64,000 nucleotides of DNA from Candidatus Marinacidobacterium sp. (GTDB taxonomy: Bacteria; Acidobacteriota; Vicinamibacteria; Marinacidobacterales; Marinacidobacteraceae), in the NCBI GenBank assembly GCA_965204755.1, contig OZ242011.1, positions 128,001 to 192,000 of the forward strand, read 5' to 3'. The translations under genes were made by a program, and so were the position numbers. The notes beneath the pieces are model-generated. The model was not told the DNA's origin and ran no database searches. It was given only the letters and a program-made list of their open reading frames with translations. Numbering within the stretch: the first letter of the stretch is position 1; each line of letters starts with the position of its first letter. Below are positions 46,059 to 56,226 of this stretch, one piece after another.

Positions 46059-48094
46059 GCGGCGGCCCCCGAGCCGGGGCCGGCGGCGTTGCTGCGGCCG
46101 TTCCCGCCGATCTGCGCTTCCATCTCCCGGATCAGGTCGGCGGCATCGGACGCCGCGGCCGCGCCCCCGTCGGCGCCGCTCCCGCCGGCGCCCGACCGCC
46201 CGCCGGCGTAGCGCGCGCTCTCCGAGCGCGACCACAGCGCGGCGAACCGGCGGGCCAGGCCGGGTTCCGCGCCGGCGGAGACGAAGCGGGCGGCGGCGCT
46301 CTCCGGGGTCAGCCCCCGGGGCGGGAGCGAGAAGCGGTCCGCCGCGTACTCGGTGAGGATGCGCCCCACCGCCGCGTCGTCGGCGCCGCCGTTCGCCGGG
46401 ATCGCGGCGAGCCGGGAGAGGGCGCTCCGGGCGGCCCGGCGGCGGCGGAAGCCGGAGGCGTGGGCGGCGCGGTAGGCGCGCCGCCGCAGGACGGCGAACA
46501 CCGCGGCGTTCCCGAGCGCCGGGAGCGCGAGGAGCAGGTAGAACGACGGCCCCGGACGCCAGGGCGCCGGCGGCGGGCGCCCGCCGCTCACCGGCTTCAG
46601 GTAGCGGATGTCTTCGCCGAAACGCTCCACTCCCGCCGGCCCGGCGGGGCCGTCGGCGGTGGCCGCGCCGCCGGTGATCTCCACCCGGAGCGGGTCGGTC
46701 GCGAGCCGTTCGTATCTCCCGGTCTCCGGGTCGAAGACCTCGAGCGCGATCTCCGGGATCCGCCGGACGCCCCCCGCCTCCGGGACCAGCGGGAACTCCC
46801 ACCGGCGCCGGCCCCCGAACCGGTAGCCGCCCGCGCCGTCGGGGACGAGACCGGCGTCGAGGGAGATGTCCGGGTCGAAGGCGCGGAAGGCGCGGCGGAA
46901 CTCCGGGGACGCGGGAAGCGCCGGTTCGCCGGCGGCGCGCAGGTTCCCGTCTCCGCTGAGTTCCACCCGGAGGACCAGCGGCTCGCCCGCGGCCGCTTCG
47001 GCGCCGGGGGCCAGCGGCTCGCCGTCGCGGAGGAGCCCGGCGCCCAGGTCGTAGGTCCCGACGGCGCCGGTGAACCCGGCGGGCCGCCCGGAGGAGGGCA
47101 GGGCCCGGGCGCGGACGGTGACTTCCGGCGCCCGCCGGGTCACCACCACTTCCTCCGGCCCGAAGAGGGAGGCGCGGCCCGACCGGATCAGGACCTCGAA
47201 GGTCGGCCCCGGCAACTCGAGATCGCCGGCGCCGGTGGGGAAGACCGCCCGCATGAGCACCGGATAGGTGTCGTAGGCGACGCCGCCCACCGTCCGCCGC
47301 TCCCGCCGGGGGCCCGGCAACTCCCGCCGGCGCCGGATCTCCTCGCGGTCGAGGCCCCGTTCCTGCCAGGGCACATCCGGGAGGGTGATCTCTTCCGTCC
47401 AGAAGCCTTCGGCCTGGGCCATCTCCACCGGCGCCGCCGCCGCGACCGGGAACCGGCTGTAGAGGCGGTAGAGGACGAGCGCCTGCCCGCCGACGAAGAC
47501 TTCGGGGGAGTTCGGTTCGCTCCCTTCCGCGCCCGGGGTCTCGGCCACCAGGAAGACATCGCCTTCCCCGACCCGGGGTTCGGACCGCGCGCTCAGCGCC
47601 CGCCGGTCGAGGAGGTCGAAGGGATCGAACGGGGAGCCGAAGAGCGACCCGAAGGGATCCCTCCGGGCCGGGCGGAGGCTCCCGGGCGCCACGCGCACGG
47701 TGATCGGCTCGGTCGGCGGGTGGCCGGCCACCGGGATCGGCGGGATCACCAGGTCGCCGACCCGCCGGGGGCGCAGCGTGAAGTTCCAGTCCGTGGACTG
47801 GCGCATCCGTCCGTTCACGATCGAGGTCCGGAAACTCCGGCCGCTCCCGCCCACCTCGAAGTCGTCGAGAACCGGCAACTCGAACCGGTTGGACGCGTCC
47901 CCCGGAATGGAGACCGTAAGCACCACCTGGTCGTCGAGCCCGATCGGGTTCGCGTCCACGGTCGCTTCCGCCCGCTCCTGCGCGAGCGCCGGAGCGCCGG
48001 CGGCGGCCGAGAACAGGGCGAGGGACAGCGTGAGGAACCGGGCGAAGGACGCCGGCGGTCCGGAACGCCGCCGGCGGAGGCGACCGTCGGTCAA
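46055..48094 (-). CDS. batD: BatD-family protein
   Basis: Signal peptide, SIVNG, GFW.E, LP..GRP..F.GAVG, FDPETGRY, DIRYLK and a C-terminal TM. Start placed at the TTG overlapping the batC stop (uncertain). Confidence 0.82.
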   Translation of the reverse strand: MTDGRLRRRRSGPPASFARFLTLSLALFSAAAGAPALAQERAEATVDANPIGLDDQVVLTVSIPGDASNRFELPVLDDFEVGGSGRSFRTSIVNGRMRQSTDWNFTLRPRRVGDLVIPPIPVAGHPPTEPITVRVAPGSLRPARRDPFGSLFGSPFDPFDLLDRRALSARSEPRVGEGDVFLVAETPGAEGSEPNSPEVFVGGQALVLYRLYSRFPVAAAAPVEMAQAEGFWTEEITLPDVPWQERGLDREEIRRRRELPGPRRERRTVGGVAYDTYPVLMRAVFPTGAGDLELPGPTFEVLIRSGRASLFGPEEVVVTRRAPEVTVRARALPSSGRPAGFTGAVGTYDLGAGLLRDGEPLAPGAEAAAGEPLVLRVELSGDGNLRAAGEPALPASPEFRRAFRAFDPDISLDAGLVPDGAGGYRFGGRRRWEFPLVPEAGGVRRIPEIALEVFDPETGRYERLATDPLRVEITGGAATADGPAGPAGVERFGEDIRYLKPVSGGRPPPAPWRPGPSFYLLLALPALGNAAVFAVLRRRAYRAAHASGFRRRRAARSALSRLAAIPANGGADDAAVGRILTEYAADRFSLPPRGLTPESAAARFVSAGAEPGLARRFAALWSRSESARYAGGRSGAGGSGADGGAAAASDAADLIREMEAQIGGNGRSNAAGPGSGAAA

Positions 48095-49020
48095 TGCCGC
48101 CCCCTCCGGAGGGCGCGGGCGCGCCGCTTCTCGAGGCGGTCTTCCTGGAACCGCCGCTCGACTTCCGCCAAGGCCGCCAGGATGCGCTCCGCCTGTTCGG
48201 GGGTGATCTCCGGGACCTGCGCGGCGGAGGGCTCGGCGGCGTCGGCGCCGCTCGGGTCTTCCTCCGGCGCGGCGTCGTCCGGCGCAGCCGGCTCGGGCTC
48301 GGGTTCCCCGGACTCCGGGTCCTCCCCTTCTTCCCGGGGAGGTTCGGAGTCCGACTCGCTCGGGGGCGGCTCGCCGCCCGACCCTTCGTCTCCCGACCCG
48401 GAGGACGACTGTTCCTGCTGTTGCCGTTGTTGTTGTTCGTTCCCCTCCTCCGGCGGCTCGCCGTCCTCGCCGGACTGCTGTTCCTGCTGCTGCTCCTGCT
48501 CCTCGGCCCGAAGGAGCGCGCGCTCCAGGTTCTGCCGGGCCTCCCGGTCCTCCGGGTCGAGCGCGAGCGCCTCCCCGTAGGCCGCGGCGGCGTCGCCGAA
48601 CGCGCCGCTCCGGAACAGGGTGTTCCCCAGGTTGAAGAAGGCGTCGCGCCGAGCCGGCCCGGAGAGCCGATCCGCGCCCGGCCCCTCGAGCGCCGCGAGG
48701 TACCCCCGCGCCGCCTCGGCGAACGGACCGGCGCCGGTCCCTTCGGCCGGCGCCGCAGCGCCGCCGGGCGGAGCGGCTTCGCCCATCCGGTAGTGGACCC
48801 CGGCGAGGTTCAGGTCGTTCTCCGGCGCGTCCGGCCAGGCGTCCCGCGCCCGGGAGAACGCCCGGAGCGCCTCCTCCAGCCGCCCGTTCTCGAAGTGCTC
48901 CGCGCCCTCGCGGGTGTTCCTCTCGACGCCGCCGAGCGCTTGCCCCGCGGACGCGCCGGCCGAGGCCAGCCAGACGCCGCCGGCGAGCGCGGCGCGGCGG
49001 AGGGCGGCGCGGGCGGTCAT
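48091..49020 (-). CDS. batC: BatC-like TPR protein with Q/E-rich linker
   Basis: FFNLGNTLF...F.DA..AY..AL.LDP.D..AR.NLE.A, an acidic/Gln linker and a C-terminal ITPEQAERILAAL. Confidence 0.82.
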   Translation of the reverse strand: MTARAALRRAALAGGVWLASAGASAGQALGGVERNTREGAEHFENGRLEEALRAFSRARDAWPDAPENDLNLAGVHYRMGEAAPPGGAAAPAEGTGAGPFAEAARGYLAALEGPGADRLSGPARRDAFFNLGNTLFRSGAFGDAAAAYGEALALDPEDREARQNLERALLRAEEQEQQQEQQSGEDGEPPEEGNEQQQRQQQEQSSSGSGDEGSGGEPPPSESDSEPPREEGEDPESGEPEPEPAAPDDAAPEEDPSGADAAEPSAAQVPEITPEQAERILAALAEVERRFQEDRLEKRRARALRRGRH

Positions 49021-50054
49021 GAAGTGACGGGCGGCGAAGCCGCCGGAGCGACCCGGGCCCGCCGGACGCCCGGCGCGACGAGGCCGTAGGCGAGGAGCGC
49101 GGCCAGCGCGACGGCGGTCGGAATCCAGAACTGCTCCCGGTGGCGGCGGGCCACTTCTTCGCCGAGTTCCCCGCCGGCGAGACCCGCCACCGCGGCGGCC
49201 ACCGCCTCGATCTCCCCATCCCGGGGGCTCACCTCGTGGAACGCGCCGCCGGTGAGCGCGGCCAGCCGGGAGAGGGCGTCGGTGTCCAGGCGGCTGACGA
49301 TCGGGCTTCCGGCGCCGTCCCGCATCAAGGTCGGGCCGGAGTCCGTCGGCACCGGGATCGTCGCGCCGCCGGCCGTCCCCACGCCGATGGCGAACACGGT
49401 GATCCCGGCGGTCCGGGCCGCCTCCGCGACTTCGTCCACCGGGGTCAGCCGGAGGTCGTCCTGCTGCCCGTCGGTGAGCAGGACGACCACCCGTTCGCCG
49501 CTCCCTTCCCGGTCGAATGCCCGCGCCGCCTCGGCGACGAGCGCCGCGAGGTTCGTCCCCGGGCTTTCGACAGCGCCGGTGGCGATGCCGGACAGGAGCG
49601 TGCGCGCCGCGCCGAGGTCGGGCGTGAGCGGGCAGGAAGTGAAAGCGGAACCGGAGAACGCCACGATCCCCACCCGGTTCCCGGAGAGCCGCTCCAGGAG
49701 CGAAGCGGCGATGTATCGGGCGCGCTCCATCCGGGAGGGCGGCACATCGCGCGCGTCCATGCTGAACGAGGTGTCCATCGCCAGGATCACATCCACTCCC
49801 GAGAGGGTGACCTCCCGTTCCTCGCGGCCCCACTGCGGGCGGGCGGCGGCGAGGGCGAAGAGCGCGACCGCGGAGACCAGCAGCGCCCGGCGGAGACGGG
49901 TCCGGGGCGCGCTCGCCCCGTCCACCAGCCCGGCCCAGCCGGCGCCGAACCGGGCGAGGAGCCGGCGCCTCCGGTGGGCGGCGAACAGGAGCAGGCCGAG
50001 CGCGGCCGGCGCGAGAGCCAGCAGCGCGAACGCCGACGGGGCGCCCCAACGCAT
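49017..50054 (-). CDS. batB: BatB-like VWA protein
   Basis: ARPQWG, DTSFSM.ARDV.PSR, PLT.D, LTDG, IGVGT..G..IP and SRLD...L. Confidence 0.85.
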   Translation of the reverse strand: MRWGAPSAFALLALAPAALGLLLFAAHRRRRLLARFGAGWAGLVDGASAPRTRLRRALLVSAVALFALAAARPQWGREEREVTLSGVDVILAMDTSFSMDARDVPPSRMERARYIAASLLERLSGNRVGIVAFSGSAFTSCPLTPDLGAARTLLSGIATGAVESPGTNLAALVAEAARAFDREGSGERVVVLLTDGQQDDLRLTPVDEVAEAARTAGITVFAIGVGTAGGATIPVPTDSGPTLMRDGAGSPIVSRLDTDALSRLAALTGGAFHEVSPRDGEIEAVAAAVAGLAGGELGEEVARRHREQFWIPTAVALAALLAYGLVAPGVRRARVAPAASPPVTS

Positions 50055-50084
50055 GTCAGCGGGAGCGGAGCCGGGCCGGACGAT

Positions 50085-51146
50085 TCACGGCGCGGCGCGG
50101 AAGGCGGTGGCGCCCAGGCCCACCGAGAGGAAGAGGAGCCCCGCCGCCCAGCCGGCGAGCCTCGGGCCGTCGTCCCCCCAACTCGTCCAGTCCGGCTCGC
50201 GGAACTCGGTGCGCTCCAGGTCGTCGATCTCCTCGTACACCGCCCGGAGCCCTTCGGTGTCCCGGGCCTGGAAGTACCGGCCGCCGGTGGCCTCCGCGAC
50301 CTTCCGCAGCGTCTCGGCGTCCACGCCGGGCGCCCGCCGGGCCGCGCCCCCCGGCATCGCGCCCCCGGTCTCCCGCCCGGCGCCCACGGTATAGACCCGG
50401 ATGCCGCGCGCCTTCGCCAGCCCGGCGGCGGTCAGCGGGTGGATCTCCCCGGCGTTCGAGACCCCGTCGGTGAGGAGCACGATGACCCGGCTCTCCGCCT
50501 CGGAACCGGCGAGCCGGTTCACCGAGGCGGCGACGGCGTTGCCGATGGCGGTCCCGTCCTCGATGTCGCCGATGCCGACCTCGGCGAGTTGCGCCTCGAG
50601 GATCTCGTGGTCGAGCGTCAGCGGGGTGACCGTTACCGCGTTCCGGGCGAAGGCCACCGCGCCCAGGCGGTCCCGCTCGCGCCCCCGGACGAAGTCGAGG
50701 AGGACTTCCTTCGCCGCCGCCAGCCGGTTCGCCGGGGCGAAGTCCTCGGCCCTCATGCTGGAGGAGATGTCGAGCGCCAGCACGATGTCCACCCCCGAAC
50801 TCGTCCGGGCGTCGCGGGTCAGCCCGGTCTGGGGGCGGGCGAGCGCGAGGGCGCCGAGGGCGACCGCGGCCAGGACGAGCGCGCCGGGCAGGAAGGACAG
50901 CCGGGAGCGGAGCGAGGCCGGGAGGCCGGCCAGCGGCGCCCCGTCGGGGAAGCGGAGCGCCGGCGACGGGGCGCGGAGGCGGGCGAGTCGGGCGAGCCGA
51001 GCGAGGCGGCCGAGGCGGGCGGCGGCCCCGCCCCCGTCCCCGGCGGCGCGCCCCGGCCGATTCGACGAGGGGCGGAGGAGCAGCCGCGGCAACAGGGCCG
51101 GGACGAAGAGCAGGAGCAGGAGCGCGGCCGGCCAGAGGAGCCTCAT
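50085..51146 (-). CDS. batA: BatA-like VWA protein
   Basis: LARPQ, DISSSM.AEDF.P.NRL, PLTLDH, DGTAIG, LLTDG.SNAG and IDDLERT. Confidence 0.88.
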   Translation of the reverse strand: MRLLWPAALLLLLFVPALLPRLLLRPSSNRPGRAAGDGGGAAARLGRLARLARLARLRAPSPALRFPDGAPLAGLPASLRSRLSFLPGALVLAAVALGALALARPQTGLTRDARTSSGVDIVLALDISSSMRAEDFAPANRLAAAKEVLLDFVRGRERDRLGAVAFARNAVTVTPLTLDHEILEAQLAEVGIGDIEDGTAIGNAVAASVNRLAGSEAESRVIVLLTDGVSNAGEIHPLTAAGLAKARGIRVYTVGAGRETGGAMPGGAARRAPGVDAETLRKVAEATGGRYFQARDTEGLRAVYEEIDDLERTEFREPDWTSWGDDGPRLAGWAAGLLFLSVGLGATAFRAAP

Positions 51147-52318
51147 CGGGCGGCGCCTTCCCCGGGGGGACGGGCGAAATCGGCGGCCGCGGCCGGCTTC
51201 GGCGGAGCGGGCGGCCCGGCGGGCGGCTCGTCGGTTGGGACCGACCGCCCGGGCGCGTCTTCGGGCTCGGCGGGCGTATCGGCGAGGGACGGGCGGGTGC
51301 GGTCGAGGAACTTTCCGGCGTCGGCGAAGCGGCCCTCCGCCGCCTCCGGGCGGAATCGGGAATCACCGAACCGGGAGTCACTGAACTTGGCGAGGTCGGC
51401 CTCCGCCAGGATGCCGGCGAGGAGCGGCAGCGCTTCCCCGGCCCGGCCGCCGAGGCGGGCGTCGAGGTCGGCGAGGATCTCCCCGGTGGTCCGCTCGCTC
51501 CACGCGGTCTCGAAGCGGCGCCCGGCGTACCGCTTCATGATCCCGGCGAGGCGCTCGTAGAAGCGGACCACCTCCCCGGCGGCGAGCAGGCCGGACTGCC
51601 CGAGCCGGGCCAGCGCGGCCTCCGCCTCGGCCGCCGGAGGCGGCAGCGGGACGGTTTCCTCCACCCTCGACCGCCGGCGGCGGAGGAACCAAAGGAGCGC
51701 GGCGGCGAGGAGGGCGGCGGCGAGGAGCGCGCCGCCGATGACTCCCCAGCGGGGCGGCGCGTCGAACAGGAACGGCCCCCGCAGGTCGTGGATGTCCGCG
51801 GCCCGCTCCCCGTCCTCCGGCGGCAGCGAGGAGACCACCCGGACCGGCGTCGGCGGCGCCTCGACCTGCCGCAGTTCCCCGGTCGCCAGGCGGAGGCCGA
51901 CCGGCAGCGCCGGGACTTCGTGGTCGCCGGGAAGGACCCCGGCCAGCAGCCGGACGATGAATCGGCTGCTCCCCGGCGCTTCCGCGCCGTCGGGCGGGGC
52001 GGTCCGCTCCGCGCCGAGCACGCGGAAGTCCCCGAGCGCCTCCGCCGGCGCCGGGGCGGCTTCGGCGTCGGGCGGATGCTCGACTACGACTTCCAACTCG
52101 AAGCCCGCGCCCACTTCGACCGGTTCGGAGACGACCGCCGCGCTCGCCCGGATCTCGGCCGGCATCCCGGCCGGCATCCCGGGCGGCGTCCCGGGCGGGG
52201 GCGCCGGCGGCTGTCCCGCGCCCGGAGCGGCGAAGGCGCCGACGGCGAGCAGCGGGCCCGCCGCCCGCGCGCGGAGGCCGGAGCGGACGCGCGGCCGCCG
52301 CCGCAGGTCGGGGATCAT
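51143..52318 (-). CDS. Bat-operon single-TM protein (DUF4381-like)
   Basis: Ig-like N-terminus, DIHDLRGP, a TM, then FY..L....RY...F.....ERTT.E and ADLAKF. Sits in the usual position between DUF58 and batA. Confidence 0.72.
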   Translation of the reverse strand: MIPDLRRRPRVRSGLRARAAGPLLAVGAFAAPGAGQPPAPPPGTPPGMPAGMPAEIRASAAVVSEPVEVGAGFELEVVVEHPPDAEAAPAPAEALGDFRVLGAERTAPPDGAEAPGSSRFIVRLLAGVLPGDHEVPALPVGLRLATGELRQVEAPPTPVRVVSSLPPEDGERAADIHDLRGPFLFDAPPRWGVIGGALLAAALLAAALLWFLRRRRSRVEETVPLPPPAAEAEAALARLGQSGLLAAGEVVRFYERLAGIMKRYAGRRFETAWSERTTGEILADLDARLGGRAGEALPLLAGILAEADLAKFSDSRFGDSRFRPEAAEGRFADAGKFLDRTRPSLADTPAEPEDAPGRSVPTDEPPAGPPAPPKPAAAADFARPPGEGAAR

Positions 52319-53259
52319 CGCCGGCGCTTCTCCCGCCGGTCGAAGAATCGGCGAAGCGGGGTCTCGTAACTCTCCCCGGCCACCACCTCCACGAGTTCCA
52401 CTCCCGCTTCGCGGAGTCCCCGCCCCGCCTCCGCCCGCGCCCGTTCGGCGCTCTCCCGGAACGCCGCGGCGACGCGCCGGTCCGAGGTGTCGAGCAGCGC
52501 CCGGCGGCCGCTCTCCGCGTCTTCGAACTCGACCAGCCCGATCGCCGGCATCTCCCGCTCGCGGGGGTCGGTCACCCGGATGGCGACGAGGTCGTGGCGG
52601 CGCGCCGCCGCCCGCAGCGGGCGCGCCCAGCGGCCCGGCGGGTCGCCGAGGAAGTCGCTCAGCAGGAAGACGGTCGCCCGGCGGCGGGCGGAGCGCAGCA
52701 ACTCCCCCAGGGCAGCGGCCAGGTCCGTCCCCTCCCCCTCGGGTTCGTAGAACAGGAGGTCGCGCAGCACCCGGAGCCCGTGCCGCTTGCCCTTCCGGGC
52801 CGGGAGCCGGGTCTCCGTCCGGTCCGTGAAGAGCACCGCCCCCACCCGGTCGCCGGAGCGGACGGCGGAGAAGGCCAGGGCCGCGGCGACTTCCGCGGCC
52901 ACGGCCCGCTTGGCGGCGCCGGCGCTGCCGAAGGACTGCGATCGCGAGACATCGAGCAGGAACAGGACGGTGAGTTCGCGCTCTTCGACGAACTGCTTCA
53001 CATGGAGCGCCCCGGTGCGGGAGGTCACATTCCAGTCCACGGCGCGGATGTCGTCCCCCGGCGTGTAGCCGCGCACTTCGGAGAACTCCATCCCCTGCCC
53101 CTTGAAGGTGCTCAGGTACTGGCCGGCCAGGGCCGCCGAGACGAGTTTCCGGGTGCGGATCTCGATCCGCCGCACCCGGGCGAGGAGTTCGGCGGTGGTG
53201 ACCCCGCCGGCGTCGGCGGCCGCCGCCTCGCCGGCGCGGGCGGCCCGGTACGCGTTCAC
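52315..53259 (-). CDS. DUF58 family protein
   Basis: FKGQGMEFSEVRGY.PGDDIR.VDWNVT.R, VK.F.EEREL, D.S.S and LSDF. Start uncertain. Confidence 0.9.
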   Translation of the reverse strand: MNAYRAARAGEAAAADAGGVTTAELLARVRRIEIRTRKLVSAALAGQYLSTFKGQGMEFSEVRGYTPGDDIRAVDWNVTSRTGALHVKQFVEERELTVLFLLDVSRSQSFGSAGAAKRAVAAEVAAALAFSAVRSGDRVGAVLFTDRTETRLPARKGKRHGLRVLRDLLFYEPEGEGTDLAAALGELLRSARRRATVFLLSDFLGDPPGRWARPLRAAARRHDLVAIRVTDPREREMPAIGLVEFEDAESGRRALLDTSDRRVAAAFRESAERARAEAGRGLREAGVELVEVVAGESYETPLRRFFDRREKRRR

Positions 53260-53275
53260 TCCCGTTCGGCGGCCG

Positions 53276-54301
53276 TCAAGGCACCTCGACGGCGTCGAGG
53301 ACCCGGCGGACGATCTCGTCGCCGTCCACTTCCTCGGCCTCCGCTTCGTAGGAGAGGATGAGCCGGTGGCGGAGGACATCCGGCGCCACATGTTTCACAT
53401 CCTCGGGAGCGGTGAAGTCCCGTCCGGCGAGGAACCCCCGGGCGCGGGAGGCCCGGTAGAGGTCGAGGCTCGCCCGGGGGGAGGCCCCGTGTTCGACGAG
53501 CGGGCCGATGTCCAGCCCGTAGGCGCCGGGGTCGCGGGTCGCGTCGGTGAGCGACAGGATGTAGCCGCGGATCCGCTCGTCCACATACATCGCTTCCACC
53601 AGTTCGCGGGCGGCGGCGATCTCCTCGGGGCCGAGCACCGGGGAAACCGTCGGGACCGCGAAGTTCGCCATCCGCTCGAGGATCACCCCCTCTTCTTCCC
53701 GCGAGGGGAACCCCATCCGGAGTTTCATCATGAACCGGTCCACCTGCGCTTCCGGGAGCGGGTAGGTCCCCTCCTGCTCGATGGGGTTCTGCGTGGCGAG
53801 CACCAGGAAGGGCTCCTCCAGCCGGAAGGTCTCGTCCCCGATCGTCACCTGCCGCTCCTGCATGGCTTCGAGCAGGGCGCTCTGGACCTTCGCCGGCGCC
53901 CGGTTGATTTCGTCGGCGAGCAGGAAATTGGTGAACACCGGCCCTTTCCGGGGCACGAAGGTCTGGTTCTTCTGGTCGTAGATCAGGGTGCCGATGAGGT
54001 CCGCCGGCAGGAGGTCCGGCGTGAACTGCACCCGGGAGAACTCGGCGCGCACGCTCTCGGCGACGCTCTTCGCGAGCAGCGTCTTGGCGATGCCGGGAAC
54101 GCCCTCGATGAGCAGGTGGCCGCGCGTCAGCAGCCCGACCAGGACGCGCTCCACCGCCGTCTTCTGCCCGACCACCACCCGGCCGAGTTCCGCGGTCAGC
54201 CGGTCGGCGAACGCCTCCCGGACTTCCCGCGCCCGCTCCGGGGAACCGGCGGCGACCGCCGAACCCGCCGGCGAATCCGCCCGCCTCTCCAAGTCGCTCA
54301 T
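53276..54301 (-). CDS. moxR: MoxR-family AAA+ ATPase
   Basis: EGVPGIAKT, FTPDLLPAD, ADEINRAPAKVQSALLEAMQE, ATQNPIEQEGTYPLPEAQ.DRF and GASPR. Confidence 0.95.
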   Translation of the reverse strand: MSDLERRADSPAGSAVAAGSPERAREVREAFADRLTAELGRVVVGQKTAVERVLVGLLTRGHLLIEGVPGIAKTLLAKSVAESVRAEFSRVQFTPDLLPADLIGTLIYDQKNQTFVPRKGPVFTNFLLADEINRAPAKVQSALLEAMQERQVTIGDETFRLEEPFLVLATQNPIEQEGTYPLPEAQVDRFMMKLRMGFPSREEEGVILERMANFAVPTVSPVLGPEEIAAARELVEAMYVDERIRGYILSLTDATRDPGAYGLDIGPLVEHGASPRASLDLYRASRARGFLAGRDFTAPEDVKHVAPDVLRHRLILSYEAEAEEVDGDEIVRRVLDAVEVP

Positions 54302-54452
54302 GTGGCTGTCCGGAAACTCCTCGGTAACTCGATTCCTCCCGCGGCGACCCCCTTCCCGGAAAACTCCCCGGGAAGGCGCCGGTTCCCGAAAATCCTAATC
54401 GGCCCCGCCCCGGCGGCTCCGGGACGACGACCGGCCTCGGACTTCGCCGCCA

Positions 54453-54473
54453 TGCGCAATCCTATTGCGCAAT
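54453..54473. promoter_or_regulatory. Inverted repeat TGCGCAAT-CCT-ATTGCGCA in the divergent moxR/TPR promoter region
   Basis: Perfect 8-bp arms. The right arm extends into the palindrome ATTGCGCAAT. The context is locally AT-rich. Confidence 0.5.
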
Positions 54474-54581
54474 ATGTCCGGGCGGCATCGCGTTCGCCCG
54501 CGGAGCGGCGGCTTCGTTAACATCCGCTAAACGATCTCTTCCCTCGCCGTTCCGGCCTGACGGGCCGCGGAGGTTTCCAAC

Positions 54582-56207
54582 ATGTCCCATCCCTTCGGTA
54601 AGCGCCTGCGCCTCGCGCTCGCCGGCTGCCTCGCCGCCGGCCTCCTCGCCGTCCCGGCCCTCGCCCGCGAGAAGTCCGAACTCGGCACGGTCCACTTCCC
54701 GAACTCCGGTTCGGAGGCCGCCCAGGCCGCCTTCCAGCGCGGCGTGGCCGCCCTCCACAGTTTCTGGTACGAAGAGGCCGCCGAGGCCTTCCAAAACGCC
54801 CAGGAGATCGACCCGGACTTCGCGCTCGCCTACTGGGGAGAAGCGCTCAGCCACAACCACCCGCTCTGGTACGAGCAGGACATCAGCGCCGCCCGCGAAG
54901 TCCTCCGGCGGTTCGGCGCCACCCGCGCCGAGCGGCGGAAGAAGACGCCCACCGAGCGGGAGCGGATGTACCTCGAAACCGTGGAAGTCCTCTACGGCGC
55001 CGGCGACAAGTTCGAGCGCGACCGGAAGTACCACGAGGCCTTCCGCCGGCTGGCCGAGGCGCACCCGGAGGACAACGAGGCCCAGGCCTTCTACGCCCTC
55101 TCCTACCTGGGACTGGTGCGGCGCGGCGAGCCGGGCTTCCACCGGCAGATGAAGGCCGGCGCGATCGTCTCCCGGCTCTTCCGGGACGAGCCGAACCACC
55201 CCGGCGCCGCCCACTATGTGATCCATTCGTTCGACGACCCGGAGCACGCCCCGCTCGCGCTGGAAGCGGCGAACCGCTACGCGGAGATCGCGCCCGAAGC
55301 GCACCACGCCCAGCACATGCCCTCCCACATCTTCGTGCAGCACGGGATGTGGAACCGGGTGTCCGCCTCGAACGATGTGGCCTACCGCGCTTCGGCGAAG
55401 TGGGTCGCGGACAAGAACCTCTCGATCACCAAGCGGGACTACCACAGCCTCGAATGGAAGGCCTACGCCGACCTGCAGCGCGGGGTGTACGGCCCGGTGC
55501 TCGACGCCGTCGCCGTGGTGGAAGCGGCCGCCGACGAGACGGATTCGATGCGCCTCGAGCGGATCGCCGCTTCGATGGTCGCCCGCCACGCCATCGAGAC
55601 CGGGAGGTACGACGCCATCACCCTTCCCGAGGGCGAGACGGACACCAGCCGGTACAACTCGACCGCGAACCTGCTGCTCGCGGCGGGGATGAAGGCCGCC
55701 GCGGCGCGGGACGCCGAGGGCGCCGACGAAGCGGCGCGGCGCCTGAAGGCGCTGGCGAAGGCCCGTGAGGAAGCCGGCGAGTCCTACCAGGCGGATTCCG
55801 TCCGCATCATGCTGCACGAAGTGAAGGCCCTCGCCGCCTCGGTCCGGGGCGACGCCGGGTCCGCCCTCGAACACGCCGCGAAGGCGACGGCGATCGAGGA
55901 GCGCCAGGATCCGCCTTCCGGCCCGACCTACCCGATGAAGCCCTCGCACGAACTGCGCGGGGAGTTGCTGCTCGCCGCCGGGAAGCCGGAGGAGGCGAAG
56001 GCCCAGTTCGAGACCAGCCTCACCCGGACGCCGAACCGGACCGCCTCGCTGCTCGGCCTGGCGCGGGCCTCCGCCGCGCTCGGCGACGAGGCCGGAGCGA
56101 GCCGGGCCTACGCGACGCTCGAGACCTTCCTGACCGAAGCGGAGAGCGATGTGCCGTTCCTCGCCGAAGTCCGGAGCAACGCCCGGACGACCACCGACCA
56201 GCAGTAG
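54582..56207 (+). CDS. Exported TPR-containing protein with conserved His motifs
   Basis: GGAGG RBS and signal peptide. G.V.FPNSG..AQ..F.RG...LHSFWY, PNHPGAAHY.IHSFD and HAQHMPSHIF motifs. Confidence 0.85.
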   Translation: MSHPFGKRLRLALAGCLAAGLLAVPALAREKSELGTVHFPNSGSEAAQAAFQRGVAALHSFWYEEAAEAFQNAQEIDPDFALAYWGEALSHNHPLWYEQDISAAREVLRRFGATRAERRKKTPTERERMYLETVEVLYGAGDKFERDRKYHEAFRRLAEAHPEDNEAQAFYALSYLGLVRRGEPGFHRQMKAGAIVSRLFRDEPNHPGAAHYVIHSFDDPEHAPLALEAANRYAEIAPEAHHAQHMPSHIFVQHGMWNRVSASNDVAYRASAKWVADKNLSITKRDYHSLEWKAYADLQRGVYGPVLDAVAVVEAAADETDSMRLERIAASMVARHAIETGRYDAITLPEGETDTSRYNSTANLLLAAGMKAAAARDAEGADEAARRLKALAKAREEAGESYQADSVRIMLHEVKALAASVRGDAGSALEHAAKATAIEERQDPPSGPTYPMKPSHELRGELLLAAGKPEEAKAQFETSLTRTPNRTASLLGLARASAALGDEAGASRAYATLETFLTEAESDVPFLAEVRSNARTTTDQQ

Positions 56208-56226
56208 CCGCCGCCCGCCGATCGAC

